Sequence record: OY978111.1
Length of the DNA: 32,000 bases
Reading direction: 5' to 3' (one strand)
Shown one piece after another: positions 29,952 to 32,000 of the stretch (its first letter is position 1; each line of letters starts with the position of its first letter). A model generated the notes under the pieces. That model was not told the DNA's origin, searched no databases, and saw only the letters and a program-made list of their open reading frames with translations. Made by a program: the position numbers and the translations under genes.

Positions 29952-30242
29952 ATATAATTTGAATTTATAATTATTTTTAGTTAATAGTAGTTTGCCTGAA
30001 TGTATAAAACGAGCACGGGTAAAGTGAATTTTGCAACTTTTATATAGGATTTTTGTTTTAAAATTAGCGATCATTGGCGGTCTTTAACCGCAATGATGAG
30101 CAGCATGCATTGGATATTTAATAAATAACTTTTGATTAAGTTATTAGACTAGTAAATCAAGAGCTTAAGCATCATTTTCCTACTACCGCACTATTTTTTG
30201 ATTTGTCAAAAGTTACTACTTTCAACCTCTATGTTTTAGTTT

Positions 30243-30284
30243 CAAGGCCAGCTACGCTGACGCATGCGGGGAACCTGCCAAGAT
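30243..30284 (+). repeat. Double-hairpin GC-rich dispersed repeat, diverged copy
   Basis: CAAGGCCAGCTACGCTGACGCATGCGGGGAACCTGCCAAGAT. Same architecture and same CAAGGCCAGC start as copy 1. Confidence 0.65.
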
Positions 30285-30290
30285 CATTGA

Positions 30291-30312
30291 TACTGCGCTT
30301 TATAGAAGGGAT
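30291..30312 (+). repeat. Same family, partial copy in the chlB-psbK spacer
   Basis: TACTGCGCTTTATAGAAGGGAT. Confidence 0.55.
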
Positions 30313-30570
30313 GTTGTAGGTAAATCAAGCTTGATTTCAAAAAGACTGATAAATAATGCTCTTTTTTTATAACATTAAACTATTTTCTTAATACAAATAA
30401 TCTCCGATTCATCGATGAAGCGGTAAAAACAGATGCTTTTTTTTAAGGGTTCTCGACGACGATTAAACTTGAAAGTATTTAAAATACTAGCAAAAATTTC
30501 CAATTCCTAGCATAATAGTACTAAGATTAAGCATGATAGCTTCGTCACTGAAAACCAAGGCATTAAAAAT

Positions 30571-30592
30571 GCTTGCGGTTTTACCCCCAAGG
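30571..30592 (+). repeat. 22-nt dispersed repeat GCTTGCGGTTTTACCSCCAAGG, fused to double-hairpin copy 2
   Basis: Matches 22884-22905 at 21 of 22 positions. Its 3' CAAGG is also the 5' CAAGG of the 30588-30630 element. Confidence 0.75.
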
Positions 30593-30630
30593 CCAACGTT
30601 GTTGGCGCATCGGGCAAAGCCCGCAAGGTT
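30588..30630 (+). repeat. Double-hairpin GC-rich dispersed repeat, copy 2
   Basis: CAAGGCCAACGTTGTTGGCGCATCGGGCAAAGCCCGCAAGGTT. Confidence 0.8.
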
Positions 30631-30673
30631 CAGATACGAAGATCTTTATAAAAAGCACTGTTGGAGGATTACT

Positions 30674-30802
30674 GTGTTACTTTTAGCTAAACTTCCGGAA
30701 GCTTATGCTCCTTTTGACCCTATTGTAGATGTATTACCGGTTGTTCCCGTCCTTTTCATCTTATTAGCTTTTGTTTGGCAAGCTGCCGTAAGTTTTCGTT
30801 AA
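30674..30802 (+). CDS. psbK: Photosystem II protein K precursor, 42 aa from a GTG start
   Basis: [37 protein letters not shown] is the conserved mature PsbK. GTG at 30674 is preceded by GGAGGA (30663-30668). The only in-frame ATGs lie about 100 nt or more upstream, and that extension reads through dispersed repeats. Confidence 0.85.
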   Translation: MLLLAKLPEAYAPFDPIVDVLPVVPVLFILLAFVWQAAVSFR

Positions 30803-30808
30803 TATCAT

Positions 30809-30825
30809 CGCCAACAAAGTTGGCG
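30809..30825 (+). terminator. psbK 3' hairpin (half copy of the double-hairpin repeat)
   Basis: CGCCAAC-aaa-GTTGGCG, a 7-bp stem starting 7 nt after the psbK stop. Confidence 0.4.
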
Positions 30826-30873
30826 CATCATTTAACGGAAACACGTGCAAAATTTACATATGGAAACAGAACC

Positions 30874-30975
30874 ATGAATTTTGAAATTGTTTTACAATTA
30901 AGCGCTTTAGTATTTATCGTAGCGGCTGGTCCGCTTGTGATTGTATTACTTTCTGCTCGTGGGGGAAATCTCTAA
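30874..30975 (+). CDS. ycf12: Photosystem II protein Psb30/Ycf12, 33 aa
   Basis: MNFEIVLQLSALVFIVAAGPLVIVLLSARGGNL matches the Ycf12 pattern (MN.E...QL.AL......GPLVI.LL..R.GNL). Confidence 0.88.
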   Translation: MNFEIVLQLSALVFIVAAGPLVIVLLSARGGNL

Positions 30976-31251
30976 AATTTTTTTGAGAAAACACTTTGTT
31001 TGTTGCGTAGCTGGTGCGTTGCTTTTAGAAGCAACACAACACTGCACAAAGCGAGTATTTTCTAAAAGCTTCCCTGTTTTAGAGTTTGAAGAGACGCAAA
31101 GTCACTTCTAATTTTCTACGACTTCTTTGACTTTTTAAATTGAATACAAATAGATTCGAAGTTATTTACACCTTTTAATAAGGAAATACTATTTAATTTT
31201 GATTGTTTTCGACAAAAAATTGTCTTATTTTAGTAAATAAAAGAGTTTTTT

Positions 31252-31347
31252 ATGCCTATAGCTGACTCTCAAGTCTTCATTGCATTATTTTTAGCCTTAG
31301 CCACTGGCATTTTTGCTGTACGCCTTGGAGTAGCTCTCTATAAATAA
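31252..31347 (+). CDS. psaM: Photosystem I subunit XII (PsaM), 31 aa
   Basis: Not in the ORF track because it is below the length cutoff. Translated by hand: [34 protein letters not shown] stop. It fits the PsaM pattern (..I.D.Q...AL..AL..G..A.RL...LYK). The psbK-ycf12-psaM neighbourhood supports the call. Confidence 0.8.
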
Positions 31348-31371
31348 CACCACTCCAATTTTGGCGAAAGA

Positions 31372-31417
31372 GACCAAAAGCATCAATTTGACTATGTCTG
31401 AATTGATGCTTTTGGTC
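31372..31417 (+). terminator. psaM 3' inverted repeat
   Basis: GACCAAAAGCATCAATT-tgactatgtctg-AATTGATGCTTTTGGTC, a 17-bp perfect stem 25 nt after the psaM stop. Confidence 0.55.
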
Positions 31418-31533
31418 ATTAAATCAATACCTTTTTTGCTATCCAAGAAAAACTGTCAACGATTGATTACGATTTTTGACCGCAAATGTCGTGCCTCCGA
31501 TGCATTCTTTGGGACGCAACGTAAGATATTTTA

Positions 31534-31562
31534 TTGAAATTATTGAAATTTTATTGTAGTAT
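31534..31562 (+). promoter_or_regulatory. Candidate sigma70-type (PEP) promoter for trnQ-UUG
   Basis: -35 TTGAAA (31534-31539), 17-nt spacer, -10 TAGTAT (31557-31562). The tRNA 5' end lies 12 nt downstream. The TTGAAA lies within a 9-bp tandem duplication, ATTGAAATT x2. Confidence 0.4.
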
Positions 31563-31573
31563 AGAACAGAAAA

Positions 31574-31645
31574 TGGGGTGTCGCCAAGTGGTAAGGCAGC
31601 GGGTTTTGATCCCGCCATTCGGAGGTTCGAGTCCTTCCACCCCAG
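31574..31645 (+). tRNA. trnQ-UUG: tRNA-Gln (anticodon UUG)
   Basis: TGGGGTGTCGCCAAGTGGTAAGGCAGCGGGTTTTGATCCCGCCATTCGGAGGTTCGAGTCCTTCCACCCCAG. Acceptor TGGGGTG/CACCCCA, anticodon loop TTTTGAT, T-loop GGTTCGAGTCC. Confidence 0.93.
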
Positions 31646-31665
31646 AATTTTAGTGTATTTCTGAT

Positions 31666-31875
31666 TTACAAAAAAATACTTAAAACATAAGTCAGACCTA
31701 AAAACACAAATATAAGGGCCCATGTCAGACGATTTAAAAATTCTTTTGCTTCTGTATAACTGGTAAAATATCCTGTTTCTAGAGCTTTTCTTAAAAGAAC
31801 GTTCTCTGTTGGGGTTTGCGGAATAATTATAACAATTAATAGAAGTGACACAAGCATTTGGAGAATTCTAAGCAT
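31666..31875 (-). CDS. ycf47: Small two-helix membrane protein, Ycf47/SecG-like, 69 aa from the internal Met
   Basis: MLRILQMLVSLLLIVIIIPQTPTEN...EAKEFLNRLTWALIFVFLGLTYVL: an N-terminal TM helix, a hydrophilic loop, then an LNRLTW motif followed by a second TM helix. This is the layout I recall for plastid ycf47 (SecG homologue). The start is uncertain; the track ORF runs to 31965. Confidence 0.5.
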   Translation of the reverse strand: MLRILQMLVSLLLIVIIIPQTPTENVLLRKALETGYFTSYTEAKEFLNRLTWALIFVFLGLTYVLSIFL

Positions 31876-32000
31876 ACTAAAAAAACTTTGTAAATTAAAT
31901 TTGAAATGTGACACATCATTCATTAGAATTTCAGTGCATTGAACCAATAAGTTGTCCGAGAGCATTTTTTATGCTACACTGTAAATGATTGAAAATTGTC

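Noticed and set aside
30533-30673. Long N-terminal extension of the psbK ORF from ATG 30533
   Set aside because: The extension translates two dispersed repeats (30571-30630) and has no similarity to the PsbK presequence. GTG 30674 with an upstream GGAGGA is the better start.
31439-31723. 94-aa minus-strand ORF
   Set aside because: It runs antisense straight through trnQ-UUG and its promoter region, and is incompatible with the well-supported tRNA.

Overview
This window is a plastid (chloroplast) genome fragment from a chlorophyte green alga. That is shown by chlL/chlN/chlB, minD, ccsA, ycf12, psaM and a ycf47-like ORF sitting alongside the core photosynthesis and rpo genes. The lineage below Chlorophyta cannot be fixed from sequence alone. 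I can support 19 protein-coding genes: psbB, ccsA, chlL, chlN, minD, rbcL, petD, petB, clpP, rpoB, rpoC1, rpoC2, psaB, psaA, chlB, psbK, ycf12, psaM and ycf47-like. I can also support 3 tRNAs: trnR-ACG, trnC-GCA and trnQ-UUG. psaM (31 aa) is below the ORF-track length cutoff, and psbK and ycf12 appear there only as 5'-extended ORFs; I read the true starts of all three by eye. All genes are uninterrupted: there are no introns, psaA is not trans-spliced, and rpoB is not split. Several track ORFs carry spurious 5' extensions, and I trimmed them to the conserved start codons. I found no rRNA, CRISPR array, IS or transposase, homing endonuclease, phage or defence genes, and no unexplained multi-gene system. 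The protein-coding content is ordinary, conserved plastid DNA. The structure that the genes do not explain lies in the AT-rich spacers. These carry several families of short GC-rich dispersed repeats and hairpins, and one family shows compensatory stem substitutions. An identical 8-bp stem also recurs downstream of three unrelated genes. Other points are lineage-specific expansions inside rpoB and rpoC1, a probable GTG start for psbK, and recurrent sigma70-like promoter motifs. All repeat and hairpin calls were aligned by eye, so copy numbers are minimum counts.
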